DNA from: an uncultured Gammaproteobacteria bacterium
Lineage (GTDB): Bacteria; Patescibacteriota; Patescibacteriia; Magasanikbacterales; UBA922
Reading direction: 5' to 3'
NCBI GenBank assembly: GCA_964522405.1
Contig: CAZFTR010000004.1
Span: forward strand, 22,349-86,348
Length of the DNA stretch: 64,000 nt
Every line of letters begins with the position of its first letter. Position 1 is the stretch's first letter. The notes under the pieces were generated by a model that was not told the origin of the DNA, searched no databases, and saw nothing but the letters and a program-made list of their open reading frames with translations. This document shows positions 8,792 to 20,788 of this stretch, piece after piece. Made by a program: the position numbers and the translations under genes.

Positions 8792-10540
8792 TTAAGGAAT
8801 AAACCCACCTGCCTGCAAGTCCCAGAGCTTCTTGTAAAGCCCATTTTTGCGTTTTAAGAGTTGCTGATGCGAACCTTGTTCAACTATATCACCTTGATCA
8901 ATTAAAATGATTCTGTCCATTCTCATAATGGTTGAAAGTCGATGAGCAATTACAATAACTGTTTTATCTTTCATCAGCTTATTCAATGCATCCTGGATCA
9001 GCATCTCTGATTCTGAATCAAGACTAGATGTAGCTTCATCAAGAATAAGTATTGGAGAATTACTAAGTATTGCTCGAGCAATTGCTACTCTCTGACGCTC
9101 ACCACCAGATAATTTAACACCTCTTTCACCAACAAAGGTTTGGTACTTTTCTGGAAGAGAATCAATAAATTCATGACAATGCGCAGCTTTTGCAGCTTCT
9201 ATGACTTCTTCATCAGTGGCTTCTGGTTTTCCATATCGTATATTCTCCATCAAAGTTCTATGAAAGAGAATTGGGTCTTGTGGAACCATGCTAATTGCTC
9301 TATGAAGTGAATCCTGAGTGATTTTTCTAATATTTTGACCATCAATATTTACCTTACCTTTTGCTGGGTCAATTAATCTGAGTAGTAATTTAACAACAGT
9401 TGATTTTCCTGCCCCACTTGGACCGACTAATGCAATTCTCTCCCCTGCCTTAATTTTGAAATTAAGATTCTTGATAATTGATCTGGTTTGATGATAATTA
9501 AATCGCACTGATTCAAATTCTATCTTTCCTTTTTTAACTTCAAGTTCTTTGGCATTATAAGCATCTCGCACCTTGTGAGGAGTATCAAAAATTTCAGTCA
9601 TTTCTTCGGCATCAGCAAGTGCTTCATAGTATTTTCGGATAATTCTTCCAAAATTCCAGAGCTTCATAAATATTGCGATCAAATATGCTTGGATCAAAAC
9701 AAAATCACCAATTGTAATTATCCCCTGATTCCAGAGCTTAATTGCTATATAGAAAATGACAAACTCAAGAATAATCATCAGCAATGTCTGAACTGCTTCG
9801 AATCCTGTAGCAAGATCCCAACAAAATCTTCTTATTTTGCGTAATTCATCTGTAATTTTTTTGAATCTAAGACCTTCACGTTCATACCCAGCAAATAACT
9901 TGATAGTAGAATAATTTGTAATTGAATCTGCAAGAACACCAGTTGTTTTTGAATCCATCTCACTGCGTTGAACATCAAATTTTAACTTATACCTAGAGAA
10001 TAAAAAATTAGTAAAACAATAAATAAAAATCCAAACCAAAATAAATATTCCAAGAGCAGAATTTCTCCTCCACAGAATAATATTGATAAGACCTATTTCC
10101 ATGATGATCGGCAAAAGTTCCCAACTTATAATATCTGCAAGAGTTTCAAAGGCGCGATAAAATCTATTTACTTTCTTGACTAGTGAACCTACAAAATTTC
10201 CTTCAAAAAAACCAATAGCATGTTTGTGCATGTATGCAAAACAGGTATTTGGCAAATCAGCCATGATATGAGTCTGAAAATATGAGTTCAAAAAAGCTGC
10301 TCCACGCCAAAAAATCCAACCAATCAAATGGATAATAACTACTTTTATTAAAATTCCGATTAAGACATCTGAATTTGCTCCACTATTTAAATCATCAAAA
10401 AATTGTTTATAAAAAAGAGGCGCAATTACATTTGTAATAGAAGCTAGTATAATAAACAAGACAGTGAAAAAACCTGACTTTTTATACTTGAGCACATGTT
10501 GCCAATAAATTTTTACAGTAAGTTTTTTCCTATATTTCAT
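8792..10540 (-). CDS. ABC exporter, fused TMD-NBD (Atm1/MsbA-like)
   Basis: Six-TM N-terminal half; GPSGAGKS, LSGGERQR, ILDEATSSLD, IAHRLST; start taken at ATG 10540. Confidence 0.92.
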   Translation of the reverse strand: MKYRKKLTVKIYWQHVLKYKKSGFFTVLFIILASITNVIAPLFYKQFFDDLNSGANSDVLIGILIKVVIIHLIGWIFWRGAAFLNSYFQTHIMADLPNTCFAYMHKHAIGFFEGNFVGSLVKKVNRFYRAFETLADIISWELLPIIMEIGLINIILWRRNSALGIFILVWIFIYCFTNFLFSRYKLKFDVQRSEMDSKTTGVLADSITNYSTIKLFAGYEREGLRFKKITDELRKIRRFCWDLATGFEAVQTLLMIILEFVIFYIAIKLWNQGIITIGDFVLIQAYLIAIFMKLWNFGRIIRKYYEALADAEEMTEIFDTPHKVRDAYNAKELEVKKGKIEFESVRFNYHQTRSIIKNLNFKIKAGERIALVGPSGAGKSTVVKLLLRLIDPAKGKVNIDGQNIRKITQDSLHRAISMVPQDPILFHRTLMENIRYGKPEATDEEVIEAAKAAHCHEFIDSLPEKYQTFVGERGVKLSGGERQRVAIARAILSNSPILILDEATSSLDSESEMLIQDALNKLMKDKTVIVIAHRLSTIMRMDRIILIDQGDIVEQGSHQQLLKRKNGLYKKLWDLQAGGFIP

Positions 10541-10670
10541 AAAACTTGGCACGTTTAAACTTGAACAAAATACCCAGTTTAGGTGCTAGGTCTACTAATG
10601 AAGACGTAAAATTCGAAATTTTGTTACAAAATTAACAGAAATTACCAAATTATCCCATAAAATCTCAACC

Positions 10671-10696
10671 AAAAAACCGGCTTATGCCGGTTTTTT
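10671..10696 (-). terminator. Intrinsic terminator
   Basis: AAAAAACCGGC-ttat-GCCGGTTTTTT just after the small Cys-rich ORF. Confidence 0.8.
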
Positions 10697-10706
10697 GGAG
10701 TCAATT

Positions 10707-10886
10707 CTATTCTGCTGGATCTACTGGAGTTTCTCCCCCACCTTCTGGCATTGGAGCTACTTGCTCTCCACCTGCTTGAGTAGACATTTCTCCGCTTCCA
10801 CATGAGCATGTGCTACAAGCTGAACATCCACCACACTCCATGCATGCTGGACCGCTACAACTTGCGCAAGTCTTTAATTCTTCCAT
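10707..10886 (-). CDS. Small metallothionein-like Cys-rich protein (59 aa, not in ORF track)
   Basis: MEELKTCASCSGPACMECGGCSACSTCSCGSGEMSTQAGGEQVAPMPEGGGETPVDPAE*; 8 Cys in 23 residues; followed directly by a terminator. Confidence 0.75.
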   Translation of the reverse strand: MEELKTCASCSGPACMECGGCSACSTCSCGSGEMSTQAGGEQVAPMPEGGGETPVDPAE

Positions 10887-10964
10887 AGAAAAATTAAGGT
10901 TAAAAATATGTAATAAAGTATAGATTAGAAAAAACCTTTCGTCAAATTTGGATAAATTTCCTTT

Positions 10965-11000
10965 GCTGCACCCGAATCGCCGAAGCGAGACGGGTGCAGC
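10965..11000. repeat. GC-rich hairpin downstream of islet 3
   Basis: GCTGCACCCG-aa-TCGC-cgaa-GCGA-ga-CGGGTGCAGC. Confidence 0.7.
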
Positions 11001-11048
11001 GTGAATCAGTAAAAAATCCTGGTGAAAAACCCGGTAGGACCTCGAGTT

Positions 11049-11354
11049 CTAGATGAAGTCGTGCTTGCGACACTTGCGCACCATGTGCAGCGCGCCGTCG
11101 ATGCGCATTGCCGGAATGCCGAGCGCGTAACGCACAACCTTACAGCCGACTTCGCCCAACTGCTCGTAGGCGAGAGCGATCCTGCTCTCCTGACCAAAGA
11201 TCCACTTCACAGCCGAGCACTCGAGAGCAGTGACCCTCTCATTCGCCGTCCCGATGGCCATGATTCCGTCGAGCGTCAACTCTCCGATGACCACAGCGCA
11301 GTCTTGAACCACCAGCTCGCCCATGAACAGAGCACTTCCCAATACTTCTTTCAT
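11049..11354 (-). CDS. GC-rich ORFan (islet 3), 101 aa
   Basis: GGGGGG 3 nt before ATG 11354 (MKEVLGSALF...); - strand promoter TTGACA (11413-11408)-16 nt-TATTAT; GC-rich relative to flanks. Confidence 0.6.
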   Translation of the reverse strand: MKEVLGSALFMGELVVQDCAVVIGELTLDGIMAIGTANERVTALECSAVKWIFGQESRIALAYEQLGEVGCKVVRYALGIPAMRIDGALHMVRKCRKHDFI

Positions 11355-11412
11355 TGGCCCCCCGACCAATTATTGATCCAGGGAAATAATAGCTCATTTA
11401 TATTTATTGTCA

Positions 11413-11438
11413 ACCCTGGCGTTCGCGAACGCCAGGGT
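11413..11438. repeat. Perfect 26-bp palindrome abutting the islet 3 promoter (REP-like)
   Basis: ACCCTGGCGTTCGCGAACGCCAGGGT. Confidence 0.8.
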
Positions 11439-11518
11439 GAACCGAGCAGAAGACAGTACTGAGTCAAAATTAAAAAACTGCCCAAGTGGACAGTTTTTTA
11501 GAAGTAATTCTTCTTTAG

Positions 11519-12823
11519 CTAAATTGCTTCACCTAGGGGTTTGGGCTTTTCTCCTGTTTCTTTCATTACTCCCTTCTCAAACAAAATTGCACCAAGAACA
11601 GTCACAAGAATAACACCAAGAAGTGCAGCTGCTGCCATAGTTTCACTGAGTACATTGTTGGCAATTGCAACTGCTACGAAAACTAAACCAACTTCACCAC
11701 GAATTGACATTGCATAACCAACAAGTTTTCCTTCGTTGCGGTCCTTGAATAAATATTTAACAATATATTTTCCATAGAATCCAAGAACTGTAAATATAAT
11801 TGCATAAATCCAAGCTTTTGGAGACATAATTGCTTCACGGGTAAGCATGGTTCCAATACTTACCAGGAATCCACCAACAAAGATATGTATATATCCCTCG
11901 ATCTTTTCCCAAACTTCATGTTTGATCTCATTATCAACTTTTGAAAGTACCACACCAATACCAAAGGCACCAAGAACAGGCTCAAGACCAACCACAGCTG
12001 CAAGTGCTCCAGCAATAATCAAGGCACCAAAGAAAAATCTAGTATAAGGCCCTGTTGTAGTTTTTACGTAATGCTTATCAAGATATTTGGCAATCTTATC
12101 AGCAACACCCATACTCCACATTAGATAAGCTCCACCAAAGAAAGCAAGAACAGCAATAGCAAGCCAGATAAGACTCATAGCTTCTAGGTGACCTTGAGAT
12201 AATTTTGCAAGCACAGTTAGAACCAGCACACCAAGAATATCATCAATCACAGCAGCCCCAACAATTCTGTTTCCCATGTTTGTACTAAGTTTTCCAGCAG
12301 CTTTTAGAGCTTCTACTGAAAGACCAACTGATGTTGCTGTGAAAATACCACCCAAGAAAATAGCCGGAAGCCATTCCATACCAAGAGCATAATGTCCTAG
12401 AAGCGCAAAAGTAACCAATGGAATAAAGACACCACCAAAAGCAACCAGACTGGCAATCCCAATATTTTTCTTGAGAAGTTCCATGTCAAAATGAAGTCCA
12501 GCTTCAAATAAAATAAAAAGCACACCAGCTAGGCGAGCAATTTCAACTCCGTGAGCATATGGATCAAGAACACCCATAGCTGCAGGACCAGCAATAATAC
12601 CCATTACAATCTTACCTGCCATTGGTGCAATACCAAATACTTTGGCAAGTCTTCCACCAAAAGATGCAAAAACAGCAAGAAATGCAATATCAATCAAAAT
12701 CGGCATGATGGTATTGATCTCATGATGATGACTGTGCAACAAGGCCTCGCGCAAATAGTGCAGACCAATTGCGAATACCACCACTTCTATAGTTAGAAGT
12801 GCTAGTGTCTTCAATTTATTCAT
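11519..12823 (-). CDS. Cation:proton antiporter (CPA2/NapA-KefB family)
   Basis: About 12 TM helices; ATSVG, GAAVIDDILG, M..RGEVGL motifs. Confidence 0.88.
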   Translation of the reverse strand: MNKLKTLALLTIEVVVFAIGLHYLREALLHSHHHEINTIMPILIDIAFLAVFASFGGRLAKVFGIAPMAGKIVMGIIAGPAAMGVLDPYAHGVEIARLAGVLFILFEAGLHFDMELLKKNIGIASLVAFGGVFIPLVTFALLGHYALGMEWLPAIFLGGIFTATSVGLSVEALKAAGKLSTNMGNRIVGAAVIDDILGVLVLTVLAKLSQGHLEAMSLIWLAIAVLAFFGGAYLMWSMGVADKIAKYLDKHYVKTTTGPYTRFFFGALIIAGALAAVVGLEPVLGAFGIGVVLSKVDNEIKHEVWEKIEGYIHIFVGGFLVSIGTMLTREAIMSPKAWIYAIIFTVLGFYGKYIVKYLFKDRNEGKLVGYAMSIRGEVGLVFVAVAIANNVLSETMAAAALLGVILVTVLGAILFEKGVMKETGEKPKPLGEAI

Positions 12824-12838
12824 AAATTTTTCCTAATT

Positions 12839-12933
12839 GTCATCCCGAGCGAAATGCTAGAGAGTCAAGAGATCTCCTTTTCAAAGAATATTTTCCTTAA
12901 AAGGGTGATTCCTCCACTCTATTCAAGATAACC
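12839..12933. repeat. Degenerate GTCAT-type REP/MITE-like element
   Basis: GTCATCCCGAGCGAA...GTCAAGAGATCT ... GATTCCTCCACT...TCAAGATAAC resembles the widespread GTCATYCCGAGCG...GATCT / AGATTCCTC...GATGAC paired repeat. Confidence 0.5.
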
Positions 12934-13038
12934 TATAAATTATATTAAATTACGACTGCAATATTATACAGTTAAATAGCTTAAAAATCAATACAATTTG
13001 GGGATAAAGCCAAGTTACAAAATTGTGAAAAATGCTGA

Positions 13039-13067
13039 TTTACAAGTAAGTAGAAATATGCTAGGAT
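13039..13067 (+). promoter_or_regulatory. Sigma70-like promoter of GC islet 4
   Basis: TTTACA-17 nt-TAGGAT with extended TG. Confidence 0.6.
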
Positions 13068-13102
13068 ATTTCAGTAATCTGGAACCGGGAGGAAAAAACC
13101 GG

Positions 13103-13849
13103 ATGTTTCTTTTGGAATTCACGAAAAAGCACCCCTACCTGGTAATCGCCAGTGTGGCTCTGACCACTCTGCTGATTGCTGCCATGGTGATGATTCAGCA
13201 GAGGATCGATACCAGCAAGGAGCGGATCGCGACTGCATGTCTCGAGAGAATCGCCAACCCCTGCACCTTCTACAAGGTCTCAGACTCGGGCTACACCTGT
13301 GAGAAGTGGCACGTCGCCGACGGCACTGATTGCAAACAGAGCGCCTGCATGACAGGCGACTGTGTCTGCAAGGACGGCAAGCCGACTTCCGACTCCTGGC
13401 GGGACTGCTCTTCGCCGAGCGATCCCTGTCGGGTCGACGTTTGTGTTCCTGACGACGCTGAAGAGCTGGGCTACAGATGCGTGCCCGGGGTGCATGAGGA
13501 CCGGAATCGCAAGATCTGGCTCGATCACAAGCCCGACTTCACCCCCTGCCTGGACGATGGCATCTGCATCGGACGTACCTGCATTGGCCCCGAAGGTCGC
13601 GTGCTGGCTCCACTACCGATCAAGTTCACCGAAACCAAGGCTCGGGACATGCCGACAGGCTTCGAGCTCAATCTCTGCGGGAACTGCCATCGCTACAGCT
13701 ACGACTGGAACTACAGCGGTCCTGTCACCTGTGGCAGCTGCCACCTGGAAGGCGCCGACATGCTCAACCGATCATCCGATAGACTGCTCTGGCATCTCGA
13801 GATCGAGGAAGGGCTGCCGGCCAAAGAGTTCCTGGGGGAGGTGATGTAA
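13103..13849 (+). CDS. GC-rich ORFan (islet 4): TM-anchored Cys-rich protein with two CxxCH motifs
   Basis: GGAGG SD then ATG 13103; TM YLVIASVALTTLLIAAMVMI; Cys-rich DGTDC/DFTPCLDDGICIGRTC segments; CGNCH and CGSCH. Confidence 0.8.
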   Translation: MFLLEFTKKHPYLVIASVALTTLLIAAMVMIQQRIDTSKERIATACLERIANPCTFYKVSDSGYTCEKWHVADGTDCKQSACMTGDCVCKDGKPTSDSWRDCSSPSDPCRVDVCVPDDAEELGYRCVPGVHEDRNRKIWLDHKPDFTPCLDDGICIGRTCIGPEGRVLAPLPIKFTETKARDMPTGFELNLCGNCHRYSYDWNYSGPVTCGSCHLEGADMLNRSSDRLLWHLEIEEGLPAKEFLGEVM

Positions 13850-13978
13850 TGCCGCAGACACGAGCACGAGGGCCACCAAGTAGAGGCGCCGGCACCAGCC
13901 CCGGCGGGAGCATGTCAACTGCTGCTCTGCACCGGCTGGCGACTCTCTTATTATTTTAATTTTAGAATGATGAGAAAG

Positions 13979-14006
13979 AAAAAACTCGCTTATTGCGAGT
14001 TTTTTT
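13979..14006. terminator. Bidirectional intrinsic terminator
   Basis: AAAAAACTCGC-ttatt-GCGAGTTTTTTT between islet 4 and atpC. Confidence 0.85.
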
Positions 14007-14046
14007 AAACTATTAACTGTTGTTATCTGTAAACTATCAACAATTT

Positions 14047-14472
14047 TTACTTCCTATACTTCTTCCCCACTCTAATCCTATTCATTTCTCGATCAATAAC
14101 TGCTTGAAGTTTTGCAAAATCAACATTTGATTCTTTTCCAGCTTTTTCCAGCTGTTCTTGTGCACGTTTTCTTGCTGCTTCTGCTCTATCCAGATCAATA
14201 TCCCCTGCTCGCTCTGCGTTGTCTGCAAGAATTATAATTTCACTATTTCCCCGAACTTCCAGAAATCCACCAGCAACTGCTATTGGATGCTCACCATCCT
14301 TATCTTTTATTTTCAATTCTCCAGCTTGTAAAACCGAAATTATTGGAATATGCATTGGAAGAACTGTAATCTCGCCTTCCATTGTTGGAATTGTAACTTG
14401 AAAAATCTCATCTTCGTAAACTACTGATTCAGGTGTTACAATTTTGAATTTTAGGATTTGTTCTTTTTTCAT
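14047..14472 (-). CDS. atpC: ATP synthase F1 epsilon subunit
   Basis: IVTPE, GEITVLP.H.P, VAGGFLEV, LAD.AER..DID motifs; position in operon. Confidence 0.95.
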   Translation of the reverse strand: MKKEQILKFKIVTPESVVYEDEIFQVTIPTMEGEITVLPMHIPIISVLQAGELKIKDKDGEHPIAVAGGFLEVRGNSEIIILADNAERAGDIDLDRAEAARKRAQEQLEKAGKESNVDFAKLQAVIDREMNRIRVGKKYRK

Positions 14473-14507
14473 TTTTTTATTAAATTGAACTTATTACTGA
14501 ATAGGTA

Positions 14508-14555
14508 GGTATCTCTCGACTGCGTTTTTCTTTCAGAAAACTTCGCTCGAGATGA
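14508..14555. repeat. Degenerate half of a GTCAT-type REP-like element
   Basis: ATCTCTCGACTGCG-TTTTTCT/AGAAAA-CTTCGCTCGAGATGA, resembling the reverse-complement arm of the element at 12839. Confidence 0.45.
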
Positions 14556-14618
14556 GAACCAAGATGTGAAATTTTGATCAATGACCACTCACAGCTGTTA
14601 ACTGTATTCTGTCCACTG

Positions 14619-16773
<2,155 letters not shown>

Positions 16774-16776
16774 AGA

Positions 16777-17706
16777 CTATAATGCCGCTGCACCTGCTGC
16801 AATCTCCGCAATCTCCTGCGTGATTCCAGCCTGTCTAGCTTTGTTAAAACTTAAAGTTAATTCATCAATCAATTCTCCAGCATTTTCACTGGCATTTTTC
16901 ATTGCTACCATTCTTGCTGAATGTTCTGATGCTGTTGACTCTAGAACTGCCTGCAATAATTGTGATTCAACTAATCTTGGTAAAACATTTTCTATTATTA
17001 CTTTCACATTTGGTTCAAATTCATAGGCATCAATATCTTCTTCTACTTTTTCCTCTTTAGTATTTTTTGCATCTTCACCAATTTCATCTATCATCTTATC
17101 TATATCAACCGAAGAGACTGGCAAAAGTTGTCTAACTTCTGCAACCTGTTCTAAACTCGATTTAAAATTTGTATAAAAAACTACCACTTTATCGTATTTT
17201 TTTTCTTTAAATTCACTAATCATGATCTTTGTAATTGGCAGAATATTTTCCAGGCTTGGTTTTTCACCAATTTCGTCATACATTTGTACAAGATTGTAAC
17301 CGTACCTTTTGGCAAAAATTGCTGACTTCTTACCTACTCCTATCAGATCAATTTCAAGTTCAGCATCTGCATCATCAGCTAAAATTTCTTTATTTGATAA
17401 TGTTTGATGAGCTTTTTTGTATAAGTTTGCATTGAAACTTCCGCAAAGCCCTCTATTTGAACTAACCAAAATTGCTAGGACTTTTTTCACAGGCCTCTCC
17501 TCAAGAAGTTCAACTTTATCCATTTCAATTTTACTAAGACGATCAAGAAGGCCTTTTGCTGTAACTGCATATTCACGTGTTGCAAGTGTGGCATCAACTG
17601 CTCGACGCATCTTTGCAGCAGCAACCATCTCCATTGCTTTGGTGATTTTCTTGGTATTGGTCACGGACTTGATTCGTCCTTTAATTGCTTTTGTATTGAC
17701 TGCCAT
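16777..17706 (-). CDS. atpG: ATP synthase F1 gamma subunit
   Basis: KITKAMEMVAAAK, RGLCGSFN, SEHSARMVAM..AS.NA, NKARQAGITQEI.EI. Confidence 0.98.
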   Translation of the reverse strand: MAVNTKAIKGRIKSVTNTKKITKAMEMVAAAKMRRAVDATLATREYAVTAKGLLDRLSKIEMDKVELLEERPVKKVLAILVSSNRGLCGSFNANLYKKAHQTLSNKEILADDADAELEIDLIGVGKKSAIFAKRYGYNLVQMYDEIGEKPSLENILPITKIMISEFKEKKYDKVVVFYTNFKSSLEQVAEVRQLLPVSSVDIDKMIDEIGEDAKNTKEEKVEEDIDAYEFEPNVKVIIENVLPRLVESQLLQAVLESTASEHSARMVAMKNASENAGELIDELTLSFNKARQAGITQEIAEIAAGAAAL

Positions 17707-17779
17707 ACATTATTAGTGTGTAGTTTATAGTTACTAGTTTATAGATATAATCTGTTAACTGTGATCTGTTAACTGTCAA

Positions 17780-19270
17780 CTATTTCTTAAATTCTTCACA
17801 AGCACTCTTCAACTCTCCCTCAATCTCATCACTCCACTCTCCACCTGCAATTTTTTCTAGCAATGAAGATTTTGAATTAGACATGAATTCAACAAATTTT
17901 GCTTCTGTTTCCTTAATTGAACTGATTTCAATTCCATCAAAATACCCTTTTGAAGCTGCGTAAATTACAGCAACTTGATGTTCTACTGCCATTGGTGAAA
18001 ATTGTTTTTGTTTCAAAAGCTCTACCATTAATCTACCACTTTCAATTTGCTTTTTTGTTTCCGGGTCAAGATCACTTGAAAATTGCGCAAATGCTTCTAA
18101 TTCTCTAAACTGAGCAAGTGTTAATTTCATACTTCCGGCAACTTTCTTCATTGGCTTAATCTGAGCAGATCCACCTACACGTGAAACTGATAAACCCACA
18201 TTCAACGCAGGACGAATACCCTTGAAAAATAGATCTGTTTCAAGGAAAATCTGCCCATCTGTAATTGAAATTACATTTGTTGGAATATATGCTGACACAT
18301 CTCCAGCCTGTGTTTCAATAATTGGCAACGCTGTAATTGATCCTCCACCATGTTTGTCATTTAAGTTACATGCTCTTTCAAGTAAACGTGAATGAAGATA
18401 GAAAACATCTCCAGGATAGGCTTCACGACCTGGTGGACGACGAAGAAGGAGTGAAATTTCACGATATGCCCAAGCTTGCTTGGTAAGATCATCATAAACT
18501 ACAAGTACATCTTCACCTTTGTCTGCAAAGTATTCTGCAATTGTAACTCCGGCATATGGCGCAAGATAGGCCATGGCTGCAGGGTCAGAAGCACCTGCCA
18601 AAACTATAGTTGTGTATTCCATTGCTCCTGCTTCTTCAAGTTGAGATACTATACGAGCAATTTTTGATTCTTTTTGACCAACTGCAACATAAATACATTT
18701 ACAATTTTTTCCTTTTTGATTGATAATAGTGTCGATTGCAACTGCAGTTTTTCCAGTCTGTCTGTCACCAATAATAAGCTCACGTTGTCCACGCCCGATT
18801 GGGATAAGTGCATCAACTGCTTTGATTCCTGTTTGGAGTGGAGTGTCAACTGGTTGACGTGTCATAACTCCCGGAGCAACTCTCTCCATTGGATAAAATT
18901 CCTTTGTTTTTATGTGACCTTTTCCATCAATTGGTTTTCCAAGCGCATTTACCACTCTTCCGATAAGCTCATCTGCCACAGGAACTGAAAGAATTTTCCC
19001 AGTTCTCTTCACTGTATCACCTTCTTTGATGTGCTTGTACTCGTCAAGAATAATGGCACCAACTGTTTCCTCTTCTAAATTCAGAGCAACTCCCATACTT
19101 CCGCCTGGGAACTCAAGCATTTCCTGTGCCTGACACTTATCAAGTCCACTCATGCGAGCAATTCCATCTCCAACCTCAATTACTGCTCCAATTTCTTCAG
19201 TCTTAATCTCCTTTTTAAAAGCATCAATATTTTGTTTTAGTTGTGCTACTATTTGATCTGTGTGTGACAT
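17780..19270 (-). CDS. atpA: ATP synthase F1 alpha subunit
   Basis: [31 protein letters not shown]. Confidence 0.98.
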   Translation of the reverse strand: MSHTDQIVAQLKQNIDAFKKEIKTEEIGAVIEVGDGIARMSGLDKCQAQEMLEFPGGSMGVALNLEEETVGAIILDEYKHIKEGDTVKRTGKILSVPVADELIGRVVNALGKPIDGKGHIKTKEFYPMERVAPGVMTRQPVDTPLQTGIKAVDALIPIGRGQRELIIGDRQTGKTAVAIDTIINQKGKNCKCIYVAVGQKESKIARIVSQLEEAGAMEYTTIVLAGASDPAAMAYLAPYAGVTIAEYFADKGEDVLVVYDDLTKQAWAYREISLLLRRPPGREAYPGDVFYLHSRLLERACNLNDKHGGGSITALPIIETQAGDVSAYIPTNVISITDGQIFLETDLFFKGIRPALNVGLSVSRVGGSAQIKPMKKVAGSMKLTLAQFRELEAFAQFSSDLDPETKKQIESGRLMVELLKQKQFSPMAVEHQVAVIYAASKGYFDGIEISSIKETEAKFVEFMSNSKSSLLEKIAGGEWSDEIEGELKSACEEFKK

Positions 19271-19313
19271 ACTTTTTAGTTAATAGTTTATAGTTAACAG
19301 TTTGTAGTTTTTA

Positions 19314-19703
19314 TTATTTAGTTAGTTTAGTATTTAAATTTGATAACTGTGTTTTTACACTAGCGTCATAAATAACATTTCCTTTTTTTACTTTTACTCC
19401 ACCAATCAGAGACTTATCCGTATCAAGCTCAAGCTCAAAATGCTCACTAAATTTTGTTGCAATTTGCTCTGCCATTCCTTTTGAAATCTTATGAGCGCTT
19501 GTGATTTTGATGGTTTCAATTCCTTCTTGTTCTTTTGTGTACTTAAGAAAATGCTCCACTATTATGTCCACTTTTTTCAATGAATTATTTTTCTTAAGAA
19601 GTTTGAAAAATTCAAGAACTGCAGAATCTAGATCTTTTCCTGAAAGCTCTTTGGTAATTCTATATAAAACTTTTGCGTATTGTCTTGGGAATAATTTCTG
19701 CAT
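19314..19703 (-). CDS. atpH: ATP synthase delta subunit (short)
   Basis: YAK.L N-terminus; D.SLIGGV.V..G..IYDAS...L C-terminus; operon position. Confidence 0.88.
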   Translation of the reverse strand: MQKLFPRQYAKVLYRITKELSGKDLDSAVLEFFKLLKKNNSLKKVDIIVEHFLKYTKEQEGIETIKITSAHKISKGMAEQIATKFSEHFELELDTDKSLIGGVKVKKGNVIYDASVKTQLSNLNTKLTK

Positions 19704-19706
19704 ATA

Positions 19707-20300
19707 TTATTTAGCAAGCCCTTTAATAATCTCATCAATAAGTTTTTCATCCTTTTTTGGGTCAATTTTTTCTGGTAGAATTTTCCCAAGTGCTAGTACA
19801 ACTAACTCTGCTGTTTCTTTTCGAAGATCGTCTCTCATTGATTCTTTGTCTTTTTCAATTTGACCACGTGCTTTTGTAACCAGTGACTCAATTTCTGTTT
19901 TTGTCTTATCTCTTAGCTTGTCTGCTTGTTCTTCTGCATCTTCGCGAGCTTTGGCCACTATTTCATTTGATTCTTTTTTTGCTTCTGCAAGTTTTTCATC
20001 AAATTTCTGCTCACTCATTTGCAGGTTTGATTCTACTGCTTTGGCATTGTCCAGACTTTCATCAATAATCTTTTTTCTTTCTTCTAATTGCTTTGTTAAT
20101 GGTTTTAAAATTAGAAACCAAACAATAAGTGCTACAACTGCAAAGTTAATAAGCTGAAATCCAAATAATTGACCGTTTAGTCCAAGTGAGGCTAGAAGAC
20201 TCTGCTCACCTGTTGCTGCAGTCTCATGACCAACTTCTCCATATGTATCTTCTACATGAATTTCCTCCACTTCAGTTGTTTTATGTGTATTTTGTGACAT
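19707..20300 (-). CDS. atpF: ATP synthase Fo b subunit
   Basis: QLINF TM, KPL...LEER...I...L..A coiled coil. Confidence 0.92.
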   Translation of the reverse strand: MSQNTHKTTEVEEIHVEDTYGEVGHETAATGEQSLLASLGLNGQLFGFQLINFAVVALIVWFLILKPLTKQLEERKKIIDESLDNAKAVESNLQMSEQKFDEKLAEAKKESNEIVAKAREDAEEQADKLRDKTKTEIESLVTKARGQIEKDKESMRDDLRKETAELVVLALGKILPEKIDPKKDEKLIDEIIKGLAK

Positions 20301-20402
20301 AATATTAATTTAGTTAACAGTTGGCAGTTTACAGTTAACAGAAATTTACTGTTAACCTATTAAATAAGCCGATTGGGCCGGGCAAAACCCGGCTTGATCG
20401 AT

Positions 20403-20642
<240 letters not shown>

Positions 20643-20788
20643 CTATATTTGTGTCAGAGCCGTTCGAGTTTGCTTGGATTTTTATACTCGCGGCTGACTT
20701 GAATTAATTTAGTTAACAGTTTTACAGTTAACAGTTATAAGTTAAATAAATTCTTAACTAATAACTACTAACTATAAACTACCCACTA

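Noticed and set aside
12998-13102. Upstream TTG start for the islet 4 ORF
   Set aside because: The segment is AT-rich and contains the promoter; the GGAGG-led ATG at 13103 coincides with the composition switch
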